Shown here piece by piece: positions 1 to 14,416 of a stretch of 64,000 nucleotides of DNA (its first letter is position 1; each line of letters begins with the position of its first letter). The stretch is from Mytilus edulis. Lineage: Eukaryota. Location of the stretch: the NCBI RefSeq assembly GCF_963676685.1, contig NC_092349.1:87420001-87484000 (forward strand), read 5' to 3'. Both the position numbers and the translations under genes were made by a program. Under the pieces are notes generated by a model. It worked only from the letters and a program-made list of their open reading frames with translations, was not told the origin of the DNA and ran no database searches.

Positions 1-384
1 TCATCCATTCATTGATGTGACATAATATGTTAAAAGTATAGACCTTTCACAAAAGATACAAAAACCGATTCATGCGGGTATATTGAAAACCTACAAATTA
101 ATACGAATATAAATACGAAAAAGAGTTATAAAAAATAAAAGTCATGTTACTCTAATGTACATTTTATAATAATATCAATGACAATGTTTTTAACAAATAA
201 ATGTATATATTTATAGTATAAGCTAAGATGAATTTCATATATTTTAAAGTTGTACATGCATAAAGGTAAGACACACATTATCATATTTATGAATGAAACG
301 TTTAAATTGTACACAATATCTATTTACTTGTATTTATTATGTATAGTGTATATGATGTTCAATATATGTCTTGTTTCCATATAG

Positions 385-1626
385 GTATGAGCGGCGGAAT
401 GGGCGGAGGAATGGGAGGAGGAATGGCCGGTGGAATGGGCGGAACAATGGGAGGAATGGGAGGAGGAATGGGAGGAATGGGAATGGGAGGAGCAATGGGA
501 GGAATGGGAATGGGAGGAGCAATGGGAGGAATGGGAATGGGAGGCAAAAGTAAGTCATAGTTCATTCAAGATTTAATAAAGGAATAAATGCCTTTTTTTC
601 AGAGTATAAAGGACTTTTATGATATGTTTATGAGTGACGTGGTTCGGTTAAAAAAACAATAATATCCTTTGTAAAGTCTTATGATCCTTTATTTTGTCTG
701 TATATCTGTGTCACTGAATTGGCATGGCACCTTCATATATTTTTTTGGTTCAAATAAATGTTTTGTGTTTCTTGTTTAATTAAAAAATGAACGCGAAGTG
801 AAAATAAATATGTGAAACGTCGAAACAGTGTGTTTTATTATAGTATTTATCTTGTTTACGTTGTTAAGGAAAATTAGTTCCATCAACGGCGTCTACAAAT
901 TAATGACTTCCAGATCCTCTACAAAATACCCTTTCAATCAATCATATTGACGTATACTTTGATATGCATATCATATCAGAATAATGTTTTTAATAATGAA
1001 CTATTGAATTGCTTATATCAACATTATTTGAACTTTTTTGATGGTTACCTATTTGGCAATCATACAAAGTGTTTTTATAATTTTATATAGAATGTGTAAA
1101 TATTTATAATTCTTGTATCAACATAAAAGTCAATAAATTGATAAACATGTATTTTTTTAAATTGCAGGATATAGAAGATCTACTGGTATGTAGAACAGCA
1201 TTTATATTTATTTAGCAGACTATAATTATTTCTTAAAATGGCATTATTTTGTATCAGATGTATCAGATTCAAGTTTTATTATCCTCAGACACAAGCAGTA
1301 TATAAATGGTCAATATACATACATCAATACATAAATGAACAAATGATCTATACCTGTATACAGTACCTACAATATAATTATGAAAACACATTAGAGGTAT
1401 GACAATAGAAGCTAACACACTTTTAACAACCACGTGGTTATAGTAGTCAAAGATTGTTGAAAAATAAACAAGACAAGTATATTTTAGTCGTAGAGTTGAG
1501 TACTCCCGTAGTAAGCAAAAGTAAACATATACTAAAGTAGAAACAAAGTTGAAATTAATTTCCTTTTTGATGTTTACTCATGTGGACTTTTGTTTTCTTT
1601 CAGATTCTTATTCATATGATTACTGA
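385..1626 (+). CDS. Gly/Met-rich secreted protein A (abductin-like), 3' part only; exons 385-549, 1168-1185, 1604-1626
   Basis: All introns are GT-AG, phase 1. The spliced product reads GMSGGMGGGMGGGMAGG...GMGMGGK-RYRRST-DSYSYDY*. Exon layout matches gene B. AATAAA at 1679-1684. The signal-peptide exon must lie upstream of the window. Confidence 0.85.
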
Positions 1627-2020
1627 TCAACATCATAGACGTCGTATTAGTCCGAAACTAACCATTGTTGTACATTATAATAAATGTTTTTACATGTTTC
1701 TAAATTGTTTTCTTATGACGTTCACCCCTTATATGAATTACTTATTAGTCGATACAACATCTTTATTCATTGGTGGAAACATTGTCATTGGTTATTACTA
1801 ACTGTTCAGCAAATGCATCAAATTTTATCATGACACGGTTGGTGAATAAGGAACTAGTAAAAAATTTGTCGACAATATTCTTGGTTTCTTCATTGTAATA
1901 AGTATTTGATAATTGTTCATGAGGACATTGTCTATATAAATAAAGAATTTAAAAGAGAAAAAAAACCAACAGCATGATTTGATCTATAGCAATAAAGTTA
2001 AAGCAATCTTCACAAGCAGC

Positions 2021-2400
2021 AAAAGAGGGACGAAAATACCAAAGGGACAGTCAATCTCATAAATCTAAAACAAACTGACAACGCCATGGCTAAAAATGAA
2101 AAAGACAAACAAACAACAGCACACATGACACAACATACAAAACTAAAGAATAAACAACACGAACCCCACCAAAATCTAGGGGTGATCTCAGGTGCTACGG
2201 AAGGGTAAGCATATCCTGCTCCACATGTGGCACCCGTCGTGTTGCTTATATGATAACAAATCCGGTAAATAGTCTAATTCGGTAGGTAACATTCATGAAA
2301 GGGAAAGGGATTGTAGCTACAACGTAAGGAACATATCCGATAGCATTTGTGAAACGGTTATTCCATATCGGTCAACCAACTCGTGATGGCGTCCGTAATA
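2021..2400 (-). mobile_element. 3' fragment of a Penelope-like retroelement (family 1)
   Basis: AAAGAGGGACGAAA.ATACCAAAGGGACAGTC... is shared with ~12155-12410, ~36415-36482, ~39165-39380, ~52530-52773 and ~55943-56450. Confidence 0.7.
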
Positions 2401-2741
2401 TTTACTTACAATATCCACTGAATTACTTAATCTTAGTCTGGGACAGTCGTATAAAGAATATCGCTTTGTGTGGGCATGATTGTGACCACACAATTATCCC
2501 TTTCAACAGTGATACGGCAATCATACTTCAATTTAATTGAAATTTAATAATTCAAAATAGATGTTTGGGAAAATGCCATAGAAAAATGGCACAACAACAC
2601 AATAAAAACCAGGCGCTTTTTGGTAAATTCCTGGTCTCTTACTACTTGCCCATTACCATATTGTATAACTATCTCAGAATTGCGTTGATTCAATACAATC
2701 ACACCTTAAATGCAATTGCCAGTACATAATCAAAAGTAGCA

Positions 2742-2902
2742 GAAATACACATATTACGACAAAAACCTAACATGCGTTCATTATACATCACACGAAATAC
2801 ACATATTGCGCCACAAACCTAACATGCGTTCATTATACATCAAACGGAATACACATATTACGCCATAAACCTAACATGCATTCATTATACATCACACGAA
2901 AT
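2742..2902 (+). repeat. 52-bp tandem repeat x3
   Basis: Units start at 2742, 2794 and 2846. Confidence 0.85.
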
Positions 2903-4055
2903 GAAGAAACATACACCATATTTAGATCTAGATGAATTCATGTATCATATTTTACGACACATAAACCGTGACATAAATACTATGCTAGTCATGTTGTCGA
3001 TAACAACAATTTCTATAAATTTAGTGTAAATTCACATTGCGATAAGACGTGTCACGGTACTTGTCTATCCCAAATTCATGTATTTGGTTTTGATGTTATA
3101 TTTGTTTTTATCGTGGGATTTTGTCTGTTGCTTGGTCCGTTTCTGTGTGTGTTGCATTGTAGTGTTGTGTCGTTGTTCTCCCCTTATATTTAATGCGTTT
3201 CCCTCAGTTTTTGTTTGTTACCCCGATTTTGTTTTTTGTCCATGGATTTATGAGTTTGAACATCGGTATACTACTGTTGCCTTTATCTATATAATGCTCC
3301 ATATGTACAATGAGGAAAGTTTGTTTAGGAGCGTCTTTGTCAATATAAATCATTTTATCAAAACGTCTGAGAGAAAACAATAGCCATGGTATTAACATTG
3401 TTTAAAAAAATAACTGCAACGTTGATTAAAAATGGGCAAGTGCTTAAATGAAGGCAACAGTAGTTTACTGCTGTTCGAAATTCATAAATCGATTGAGAAA
3501 CAAATCCAGGTTACAAACTCAAACTGATGGAAACGCATCTAATATAAGAGAACTACGACACAACGGAAACGCGTCACGACACAGAAACGAACTTTAATAT
3601 AACAATGGCCATTTTCCTGAATTGGTACATGACATTTTAAGAAAAAAAATGGTGGGTTGAACCTGTCAATATCAAACTTTATCAATCAACACAACGAATG
3701 AACATGACTAAGGTGCAGATTGTTTTATCAAGTTAGCAAAATTTGATGCAGGAATGCGCATATTTAATATGAATTTCATTTAAAAGAACCAATTTTTAAG
3801 AATATAACTTATAAATATAAATATTTTTGCAACTATAGATTATTTTTGATTGTTTTCGATTTTTTTTTAATCGGCATTTTAAGGGGAGGTGCATTTTCTG
3901 AAGGAATCTACATTGCATTTTCCTATTTTGTATTTTAGCGGGAAAAAACATACCCTATCTTTTCTTTTGATATTCTGATTCTAATCGCAAAATGGTGTTT
4001 TTCTTGCATAATCCATACAAAATGTGTCATTTTATCACACAGTTTAATTGTTAAA

Positions 4056-4355
4056 CGATGATGACTGATGTACCCATATTTTGACTATTATATTTATTGT
4101 GTCTGTTTATTTAACGCATCAATGTAAAAATATCGGAAATTGATGAGACTGTCATTACAAAAGTGAGAGGGTTAGCGCTATAGAACCAGGTTTAATCCAC
4201 CATTTTCTACATTTGAAAATGCCTGTACCAAGTCAGGAATATGACAGTTCTTGTCCATTCGTTTTTGATGCGTTTTGTTATTTGACTTTGCCATGTGATT
4301 ATGGACTTTCCCAATTGATCTTCCTCTAAGTTCAGTATTTTTGTGATTTTACTTT
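4056..4355. mobile_element. Family 5 repeat
   Basis: GCCTGTACCAAGTCAGGAATATGACAGTT core. Copies at ~9180-9483, 48357-48620 and 53690-53915. Confidence 0.7.
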
Positions 4356-7300
4356 TCACAACCTGTAGCTTGAGAAAATGCGCGGTGACCTATCATTTTT
4401 ATTATATTTTTGAACATATATCAATAGATACTACGTTTTGGCAATCTATGAACAAATTTTATCATTTTTATTTTAGACTCCCATACCACCTTAAAACTTG
4501 ATTATTATCTCATTAACCATGTATGAAGGGTATGATTCAGTGAAATTGACAAAATTGAATGTGAAACTCAAACAGACATCGTGGATATAATAGTAAAAGT
4601 CACAAGTAAACATTCATCACAAATGACTAAAAATTTCAAACAAACATACAGATGTATATTTGTTGTTGAGATCATATCGACAAAGACGTCAATAACAATG
4701 GTTTTGTATTTGACAGTCCTTACCATATCATCCCACACCTTCCCTATGCAGTTCACACTCCGTACAATATTAAAACAATGATAAACAAAAACTTAAGCAC
4801 AAAGGTAACGAATGGAAACAACGTTAAAACAAAACCCTTTTGTATCCGAATCACTCATCAGTACTTACCTGCATCTATAATTGGTCGGGTTTTACCCATT
4901 GATGAAAGCTGTCAAAATAAAAACAACACGTTATAAAATACATTCGTCTACAGCAAATTTCGGGATTTATCGTCATTAGGAAAACGCAAAAACGAATATT
5001 TGACCGCCAAAGATTTACAAGAACTGTCATATTGACGAGTATCTTGAGTTTGTTTTAACTTTGTAATACTTGTGGAAGAAAATAACGTCTCCCTAGTTGA
5101 GATGCTTTATGGTCGTTAGATAAATAGATACGTAACAATAACGTTACGTTAATTATTACATACAAAAGTGTGCGCGGAAGTACGATAAACAATTACATAA
5201 CATAGCGTTCTAAAGTCGGTTGGCCTATATTCACGACTACTAGCTTTATACAAAAAAGACATACAAAATAAAAAAAAAAAAAACATCTATGGTCAAATTA
5301 GCCCGAGGGAATTGAAACCTAAGTTTTTTTTATAATTTTGACATTAAAAAACGGACAATTGTAGAAAGCTTTTTTCATAAATCATGTCATCGCCGAATAA
5401 CTGTCTATTAGTTTATGAGACATAAAGTCATTAGTAGTATATTGCAAATTAGTAGGCATAAATTGATTGGGAGAAAACAAATTCGGGTTACAAATTAAAA
5501 TAGAGAGAGACAAATCAATTTAACGACGCAAACACCATAACAATAGAAATACTGAAGTGGAACTAAAACAAACGCAATCGCATATAGAAGTGGGTAGTCC
5601 ACCTGGAGAGGTATCGACCCTTTCCTCAAGTAAAGTAAAAAGCATTTCATACTCCGAATGTGACATATAAATGTAGTTGCAAATGATGTCATTCGGACTT
5701 TAGTGGATAGCTGTTTCTGTGGCATTCATTCAACCATCCTTATTCTATATCATCAGCTATCAACAAAATACAAACAAAATACAAAAAATTTCAATTGCAT
5801 ACAGTTAACGTCAAAACGCATGTAGTTAAAAGAGACAAAACTATATATTGTAACGAAAACATAATCTTCACTTTTTGTCAATAAGGAAACACAATAGCAA
5901 TATCGAACATGATGTATGAATTCCGTGCATCCAATGATGTATAAATTCCTGACATTCAAAGGAGTATATAAAGGCAACAGTACTATGCCGTTGTTCGAAA
6001 GTCATAAATCGCCGCAGAGAAAACAAATCCTGGTTACAAACTAAAGGTCACATTTTAAAGAATATAATCTTGATGTAGATGTAACGATAATGATCCAGTA
6101 ACGTTGTATTAGACGTGTTATATACTAGACTCTGATCAGGTTGACAAAAGAATAGCCAACGTAGGTACAAGTATTGTGTCTTAGAGAGACGAATTCCTAC
6201 TATGTAAAAAATAACTCTGATTATAATAACATTTGTTTTGAAACTGACATTTCAATATGCTTGATTTCGGGATTGACAACATATTGGTTAAGTTTGGAGG
6301 ACGCATTTTTCAACAAACAATCGGCATTAAGTAAAAGAAGTTAGTAGTATCCTCAGACTTTACTTTTTGCTATATAGATTATGTTCTCTTAACAATTGAA
6401 AAGTTGGTGACTTTGTTGAACAAATCGATCTCATCGAACTTGAGAAAGAGGATACAAATAAGTCCGCCTCATATCTTACAACTAGAAATTGACAATGATG
6501 TCAGTTGAAAGCAAACCTTTAGAACCGAAAAGATAATTTCAGATTCCCAATTATGTTTTTTTTTTATGAATCATAATTCCAGGACATGCATACGGAGTAT
6601 GTATATCCCAGTTGGTGCGACATTCCTGGGAAAATGTATTCGACCCGTACATATGAATATAATCCCCATTCTATAATCACAAACAATTTAAAAGAAATTG
6701 ATCAACATGTTTAATGTTACACATAGACGTTCTAAGTTATATGGGAAATATTATATCTAGCTGAAAAGTTAGCTTAAAGGCTATTTAAAATTTCCTGATG
6801 TTTTGTCAGAGGGGGACACATATTCGCCGTTTTTAAACAACTATTTAAAACCCAATAACGTTGCTTTAAACAATATTTATCAAATCAATTTCATTTTAGA
6901 TGAATACCAGAAATTTAAAAGGTGAAGTGAAAAGAAGGGCAATCAGTCAAAGAAATACTAAGAAATACGTTTTTACACCACACAATCATACAACGGCGAA
7001 ATTGTGTCCCTGGCGAATATATGAACAGATAAATAGTATGCATAAGTTCATTTGCAAATAGTAATAGAGCTCGTTAAAAATCACAAATTTTATTTTATTT
7101 TCAAGTATATAAGTATATTTCACGAAATGTATCTATAAAGGGACGATCACATTTATTTTTTATTTTGTACAGACTACACACATTGTGCACAGTTAAAAAG
7201 CCCTAGGTCAACACTGTCAGATAAGTAAATTACACAAATTAAAGTGGGTAACTGATCCCGCTAAGATATTTGTCATCCGGCCCACCGCTAATATTATTTT

Positions 7301-7909
7301 AATTATATGATAAGACGGGGTTGCATTGTGTGTTAATATTTCAAAAGATCTAACCTTGATTATGTTGAAATGTCCTTCACTAATAATATTGAAAACGCAA
7401 GATAAAAAAAACACCAATGATATAAAGCTTGTTTTCAAGGTTGACAGGTTATTTGTTTTTATCTCCCCAAAATAATTTATATTGGCTTCGTTACACATAT
7501 TATGAGTTAATCGAATTTTAAATATTCACAACAGCATTGTCTATTATAATATTTAAAAAAAAAGTCTGTTATATGAACAAATATACACTAAAATTTAAAT
7601 TTTAATTGATGTATATTAGATCAAATCTTCAAATCACTTTTATGTTTTGATACGATTCTAACATTCAAAGTCAAATTTGTCAACCTCAGCGTCAAGTATA
7701 TACTATTTCGTAACACGTCTATTACAATCAAAGACCAACATAACATCAATCATACCGTGTAAAAAGAACTAGTTTGACATGTTAAAACATACAATAAAAT
7801 TAACAGGTACAAGTTATACATGATGACATAAAAATATTACTTATGTTTTAGCATGTTTATATTTTACAAGTTGTTAAAGTTGAATTCACTATTTCCTGTG
7901 CTAATTCCT

Positions 7910-7977
7910 TATAAAAGATGTTAAGTTTCTGAGTATGGTCACAATTTAACTTGTCCTCCCTACTGCTACAGGTATGT
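7910..7977 (+). promoter_or_regulatory. Putative TATA box and short non-coding exon 1 of gene B
   Basis: TATAAAA at 7910-7916 and donor CAG|GTATGT at 7971/7972. An acceptor TTTCAG ends at 9942, just before the ATG. Gene C has the same arrangement. Confidence 0.6.
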
Positions 7978-8356
7978 TGTTTGTACTTGCATTTAAGATC
8001 TAGATTTCAACAGTTAACTTTGGTGTATCATCCATTAGGTGACAATGTCCTTACTGTTTGGCTATAAATATTTGTCATTTTGGTCATATGACTGGTTGTT
8101 TACGGAATTTTAACATTCAATACATCCTAAGCTATCAAATATTTGGCCTTAAACGTTCATGATGAAAATAAACAAAAAACGAGTGCAATCATAAAAGTTA
8201 AAAGGGATAGACGTAAAAATCATTGTAACATATATTTTTTGTCTATCAATTCATTCGGTACATACCTTATGTGAATAAATAAATTGTGGAACCATATACG
8301 ATCAAAATGTAAATGATCAAATGATTGAACTCTTTTTGTTAACCAAATATATTAGA

Positions 8357-8757
8357 TTGTCGAAATGCGCATCAGGTGCAAGAAAATTGGTACCGTTTAT
8401 TTTTATTACTACCACTGGGTCGATGCCTCTGCTGGTGGACTATAAGTCCCCGAGGGTATCACCAGCCCAGTAGCCAGTACTTCGGTACTGGCATGAAAAT
8501 ACGGATTGTTTGTGTTATTAAAATTTGCTGTTACAAAATGATAGAAATTATTATAAATTAAGGAATGTATCTCCCTCGTGCAAAGCTCTGATTCCTTTCA
8601 CGGATTTGGCTATACTTTTTAGACTTTTTGGATTATAGCTCTTCATCTTTTATATAAGCTTTGGATTTCAAATATTTTGGCTACGAGCATCACTGAAGAG
8701 ACATGAATTGTCGAAATGCGCATCTGTTGCAAGAAAATTGGTACCGTTAATTTTATT
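8357..8757 (+). mobile_element. Non-LTR retrozyme-like unit (351-nt monomer) with terminal direct repeat
   Basis: TTGTCGAAATGCGCATC..TGCAAGAAAATTGGTACCGTT is repeated at 8357 and 8708. Predicted cleavage sites are after 8373 and after 8724. Confidence 0.7.
8685..8730 (+). ncRNA. Type I hammerhead ribozyme (minimal, Penelope/retrozyme type)
   Basis: Stem I GCATCA/TGTTGC (one mismatch), core CTGAAGA at 8693-8699, stem II GACA..TGTC, GAAA, short stem III AT-GCGC-AT and cleavage triplet ATC. Confidence 0.75.
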
Positions 8758-9951
8758 AACAATAAGCATGAATTAATACTTATTTGTCTCGTGAATGTGT
8801 GTTTATTTATATCGTGAATGTAAGTTGATTAAATTGCCCTTTAGACATTTGTTAAGCAGATATTAATTTTTGTTTAAACATTCTACAAGTTTTTTAAATG
8901 TATTATGTAAAATGTTGAGAAAAAAATGCAAAATAGTTATCAAAGGTACCAGAATTATAATTTAGTACGCCAGACGCGCGTTTCGTCTACGCGCGTTTCA
9001 TTAGTGACGCTCATATCAAAATTTTTACAGTTACTAAAATCTTATCTGAAACATATACCTGTTTTCAATTCCCTTGAAGCTAACATATTTACAGTGATAC
9101 TATATAATATACAATAACAAATAAAGTAAACAGACTTTTTTTTCGTATAAATGTTGCCTCAATTACTTAATAACTTTATGTTGACTGATGTACCTCTATT
9201 TATGATATTTTTATCTATTGTATCTGTTTGTTTTGTTAACGCATCATTGTCAAATTGTGGAATTAGATGTGACTGTCATACAAACGAGAGGTTAAGCTAG
9301 CTATAAAACGAGTTTTAATCCACATTTATTCTACATAAGAAAATACCTGTACCAAGTCAGAAATATGACACATTTTATCCATTCGTTTGATAAATTTGTA
9401 ATTGGGCTTTTGATTTTGCATTTTTGATTATGGTCATTTCTTTATATATTTCCTTGGAGTTTAGTATTTTTGTAATTTTACTTCAAACAACGTTACAGTT
9501 CACTTTTTCAGTCTTAAACTCCTCAAGATGAAATTAATTTCCTTATTAGAAATTCTTCTCATCATTAGTGCAATCTGAATATCATCCAATAAATTGAAAA
9601 AAAACCAAATTAATACGTGTCATCTGTAGTTATTTTTGGGTGAAATAATGGGTATTTAAAGTTTGTATCATACTGAGGTAAAGTTCATTTCTAAAATTGA
9701 TTTAGCAGTTAATAAACAGTGTTAATTTTACGCAAAAAACAAAAGTAACATCAAATGTACACTAACTTCAATAATTTTAGATTGTTTTGTCTTACTGAAA
9801 CAATAAAAAAGCTTGCTCAAAAACATAAAAGCCAAAACTAAAAGCACGTAACGGGTTAAAATAAATCATTTTCAATATCAGCAAACAATAAACAAAATAT
9901 AATTGAATTGCAAATAATGTTTTTTTAATTGTTTTATTTCAGTCTTTCATC

Positions 9952-12055
9952 ATGAATCCCATTCAGACCGTTGTCACATTTATTGTTGTCTTCGCCACAG
10001 TTAATGGTGCTGGTTATGGTAAAGGTGGCGGTATGGGAGGTGGTATGATGGGAGGCGGCATGGGAAGTGGTATGATGGGAGGAGAAATGGGTGGCGGTAT
10101 GGGCGGTATGATGGGTGGTGGTATGGGAGGTGGTATGATGAGTGGTGGCATGGGAGGCGGTATGGGTAAGATGATGGGCGGTGGTATGGGAGGAGGAATG
10201 GGCGGTGGTATGATGGGCGGTATGATGGGTGGTATGGGAGGTGGTATGGGTATGGGTAAGATGATGATGCCGATGCCAATGGAAATGCCAATGCCAATGC
10301 CAATGCCAATGCCGATGCCAATGCCAATGCCAATGCCAATGCCAATGGAAATGGCTATGCCTATGCCAATGCCAAAGATGGGAGGTGCAATGATGGCTGC
10401 TATGATGGGAGGTAATTAAAACGCATTTTATGTCTGACTTTCATGGATTATTATTACCTCTAATACAAAGATGTTATTTAATATAAGTGAACACATAATT
10501 AGCAATTATTACAAATGTGTCAAGGACTTGCTGGATTCTCCATTTCAATTTGTTCAAGCTAACTACATTTACGTTCTATTCTGTATAATTAATATATACT
10601 TATTTCCAGTTGATACAATATTCGAGAGCTTGTATTTCTTATCATGCTTTCCTTGATATAAATGTTTTCAAAAGAGAAAACTAAATGCCTGATTTAGGAC
10701 AAGACAATTAACAAAAATAAATGTACATGGCATATAGCAACCAAAAACAGGAATTGAGTAAAAGGCACCTGACATTGGAAAAACACATAAAAAATGGACT
10801 TGGGTTTAATTGTTTTGCAAAAATACATGTGTATATTCAAAATAATATTCAAAGTACAATGCATATCTCAAAATAGTCAAACATATTAAAATAGTTTTAA
10901 AAAACCCATATATATTGAATAAATAATACATGTTCTTATGCTAAGATTTAGTGTATTATTTCAATATATGTTTTGTATTCTTATAGGTATGGGCGGAGGA
11001 ATGGGTGGAGCTATGGGAGGTGGTATGGGAGGAATGGGCGGTGGTATGGGCGGAGGCATAGGAGGTGGCAAAAGTAAGTCATAGTCCATTGAAGATTCAA
11101 TTTGTTATAATGTACTATACGGTTATCGAATGTTCTATTTGTATCTGAACAATTGAATAGAAATGTCATATTAAGATTTCGTGACACTTGCTTTTTCTTT
11201 TGTGAATTATTTAAAGAATGATACTTCATTATTTGTTCTCATTTCATATGATTGTTTTTAATACTTTTCATATTAAGTTAAACATGTAGTACACATTAAA
11301 ATAAAGGCAACAGTAGTATACCGCTGTTCGAAAATGGACTGAGAGAAAACAAATCCAGATTACAAACTAAAAACCGAGGAAAACAATTGAAACAACGAAA
11401 CAAATCACTAAATCTCATGTGGTTACTTACACACACATTCATATTTCTAAGTATATTGGTATATTGATATATATTATTTTGCAGGATATAAAAGAGCCAC
11501 AGGTATTTATAACTCACATTTAATATAGTTATTATCTCTATTTGGAAACACCTATCGGAATTACGAGTCCTCAATGCTTTTCAACTTCGTACTTTATTTG
11601 ATTATCCGGGTGCGGGAATTTCTCGCTACATTGAAGACCTGTTGGTGACCCTCTGCTATTGTTTTTTATTTGGTCGGGTTGTTGTCTCTTTGACACATTC
11701 CCCATTTCCATTCTCAATTTTATTACTGCATGACAGTCATTGCTACAAATGTACCTGTCATCTCAATAAGTATCATGTATTGATTGATTGATGAAAGCCT
11801 AACAAAAGGTCATGTCACAACAAGAGCTAAATAAGAACACAAAATTTAGTTAATTTGTTATATTGCAGTCAATAGATAAAATCAATGTGAAGTTTTATTT
11901 CCTTCAAATTAGAAAAAAAGAAAGAAGAAAATAACAATAAATGATACACACTGCAATAGTTAATGTCAACATTTATATTTATATTTCCATTTCCATCTGA
12001 CGTTTACTTAATTTGGCTTTCTTTTCTTTCAGATTCTTATTCATACGACTATTGA
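9952..12055 (+). CDS. Gly/Met-rich secreted protein B (abductin-like, with Met-Pro block), 195 aa; coding exons 9952-10411, 10987-11073, 11485-11502, 12033-12055
   Basis: Hydrophobic signal MNPIQTVVTFIVVFATVNG, then AGYGKG, (GGM/GGGMM)n, (MP)n and C-terminus GGGK-RYKRAT-DSYSYDY*. Canonical phase-1 splice sites; 588 nt in frame; AATAAA at 12108-12113. Confidence 0.9.
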
Positions 12056-12154
12056 AAACCGTTATATGAGCAGTATTTGTCATAAACATTCCATCTTTGT
12101 CCTGTATAATAAATGTTTAAATCTGACTTGATTTGTTTTCTTATGATGATAGTT

Positions 12155-12410
12155 AAAAGAGAGACGAAAGATACCAAAGGGACAGTCAAACTCATAAATC
12201 TAAAACAAACTGACAACGCCATGGCTAAAAATGAAAACGACAAACAAATAACAGCACACATGACACAACATAGAAAACTAAAGAATAAACAACACGAAAC
12301 TCATATATCTAAAACAAACTGACAACGCCATGGCTAAAACTGAAAACGACAAACAAATAACAACACACTTGACACAACATAGAAAACTAAAGAATAAACA
12401 ACAAGGAAAC
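12155..12410 (-). mobile_element. Family 1 retroelement 3' fragment with internal tandem duplication (~110 bp)
   Basis: AAACTCATA.ATCTAAAACAAACTGACAACGCCATGG occurs twice. Confidence 0.7.
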
Positions 12411-14416
12411 TCATACTTAGATGTTTTATGTGTGTAAACATGGTCATGTACCGTCATCCATTACTTGACTGGACATGTATCGTGCATTAGCATGCCAATG
12501 TCTGTTCTTGATTTAGGAGTAATTCCAATTTTTGTCTTCAAGATTCTAGTTTTTTTCTAACCACTGTCCCAGGTTAGGGGAGGGTTGGGATCCCACTAAC
12601 ATGTTTAACCCCGCCACATAATGTATGTATATGTCTGTCATTTAGTGGTCATCGTTTGCTTATGTGTTACATATTTGTTTTTCGTTCATTTTTTATACAT
12701 AAATAAGGCAGTTAGTTTTCGCGTTTGAATTGTTTTACATTGTCATTTCGGGGCCTTTTATAGCTGACTATGCGGTATGGGCTTTGCTCATTGTTGAAGG
12801 CCGTACGATGACCTATAGTTGTTAATTTCTGTGTCATTTTGGTCTCTTGTGGAGAGTTGTGTCATTGACAATCATACCACATCTTCTTTTATGTATATAT
12901 AATAATAAGTTATTATCGTAATAAATAAACAATTTAAACAGAAAACCAACATCCTAATCTGAAATACAACAATATCCATAAATTGAGTAAGTCAGACGTC
13001 AACTAATGATCATAGAACTGGATCATAGTTTGGCAAAGGAGAATAAATCATATGATTTTGAATTTTCAACTCTCCTTTACAAGAATGAAACGGCTGTAAT
13101 GTTTTTGAACAACTTCATGTCTACAAATAAAAAAGATGTTTGGGTAAACGCCAGTAACAAAATGACATACAAACAACACAAAAAAAAAACCTGGTAAGGT
13201 TTTTTTGGTAAATCTACCGTAAAAAAAAAGGTGAGAACATTTCAAACTGAAAATACATTCATATTCCTCAAGTTAAAATGGTCAGGTGAAACACAAGAAT
13301 ATTGAATACACACAGACATTGCTCCTTTATAACAACAGATCCATTTCTGTCTAGCAACTTTCCAGCAGCTCTTATATAGAGAGGATATATTTCATATTCC
13401 TATCCGTGTGGGTTGCTGATCTCAAGGAAACTATTCACCTTAGATTTGAAAAGGTAAAATCTTCCCACCGAACATTTTACCGCCGCAATCAAGAGTTGGA
13501 TGACGACGGATTTTATCCAAACATCACAACCCCAAGACTGTCCTTCTTTTCGTCGAATGCGATTAACTGAATAAGTCTTATCAACGGGTTTGTACTTTCA
13601 CACACGAGCAGTACAAGAGGTGCCACAACTGGAGTAGGAGCTGGTATCCTTCCGGATCCCGTTCTACATTTTTTTTCATGTTGTGTTTTTTTTAATTGTT
13701 ATTCTTGATTCTTTTCGACTTATAAGTTTAAAAGAGGGCTGTCCCTTTGTTATCGTTGGTTATGACAACTTTATATCAAACTGAAATTAATTCCCTGATT
13801 CCTTAAAAGAATGTGTAACACATCTATTTACAGACATCAATTACAAAGTACTCCACAGCATGATAAACTAGAATACAGCGGCATTTTAGAGGACCGTAAC
13901 ATGCCTAATACTAAAGAAATTAAACAAAAAATAGAAAAGGCTAAGAGACGAGTGACTATTTAAATTTGTAATAACTACAATACTACCAGTAGTTTTACAA
14001 ATAAGACAACACCGTAAAAACTTCCTTTACCAACTAAACCGTCCTAAAACACTACGTATAGTACGTATCTTCTACGAATGTTAATTGCCTAATTTTCATA
14101 ATACAAAATGCCTAGATACTTAGATACCTAAGCAACAGACTGAAGAACAAGTCCCTTTATAACTGACTATGCGGTATGGGCTTTGCTCTTTGTTGAAGAC
14201 CGTACGGTGACCTATAGTTGTTAATGTCTGTGTCATTTGGTGTCTTGTGGAGAGTTGTCTCTTTGGCAATTATACCACATCTTCTTAATAAATAAAACCG
14301 TCCAGTCATAAAGGAACCACAAAGGACCAATCAAGTAAAACATACTGATGATGTTTTCACCACAAAACAATATATACATATAGATTGAAATACAAATTGA
14401 TTGTAAAAATATATTA

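Noticed and set aside
337-565. Pro/Ile-rich, Arg/Asn-rich and Phe/Leu-rich ORFs (also 10001-10345, 19853-20149, 19890-20243)
   Set aside because: Alternative-frame or antisense shadows of the Gly/Met exons.
9952-10419. Gly-Gly-Met repeats as the tail of a chaperonin or Hsp70
   Set aside because: No chaperone domain; the repeats directly follow a signal peptide and make up most of the protein.
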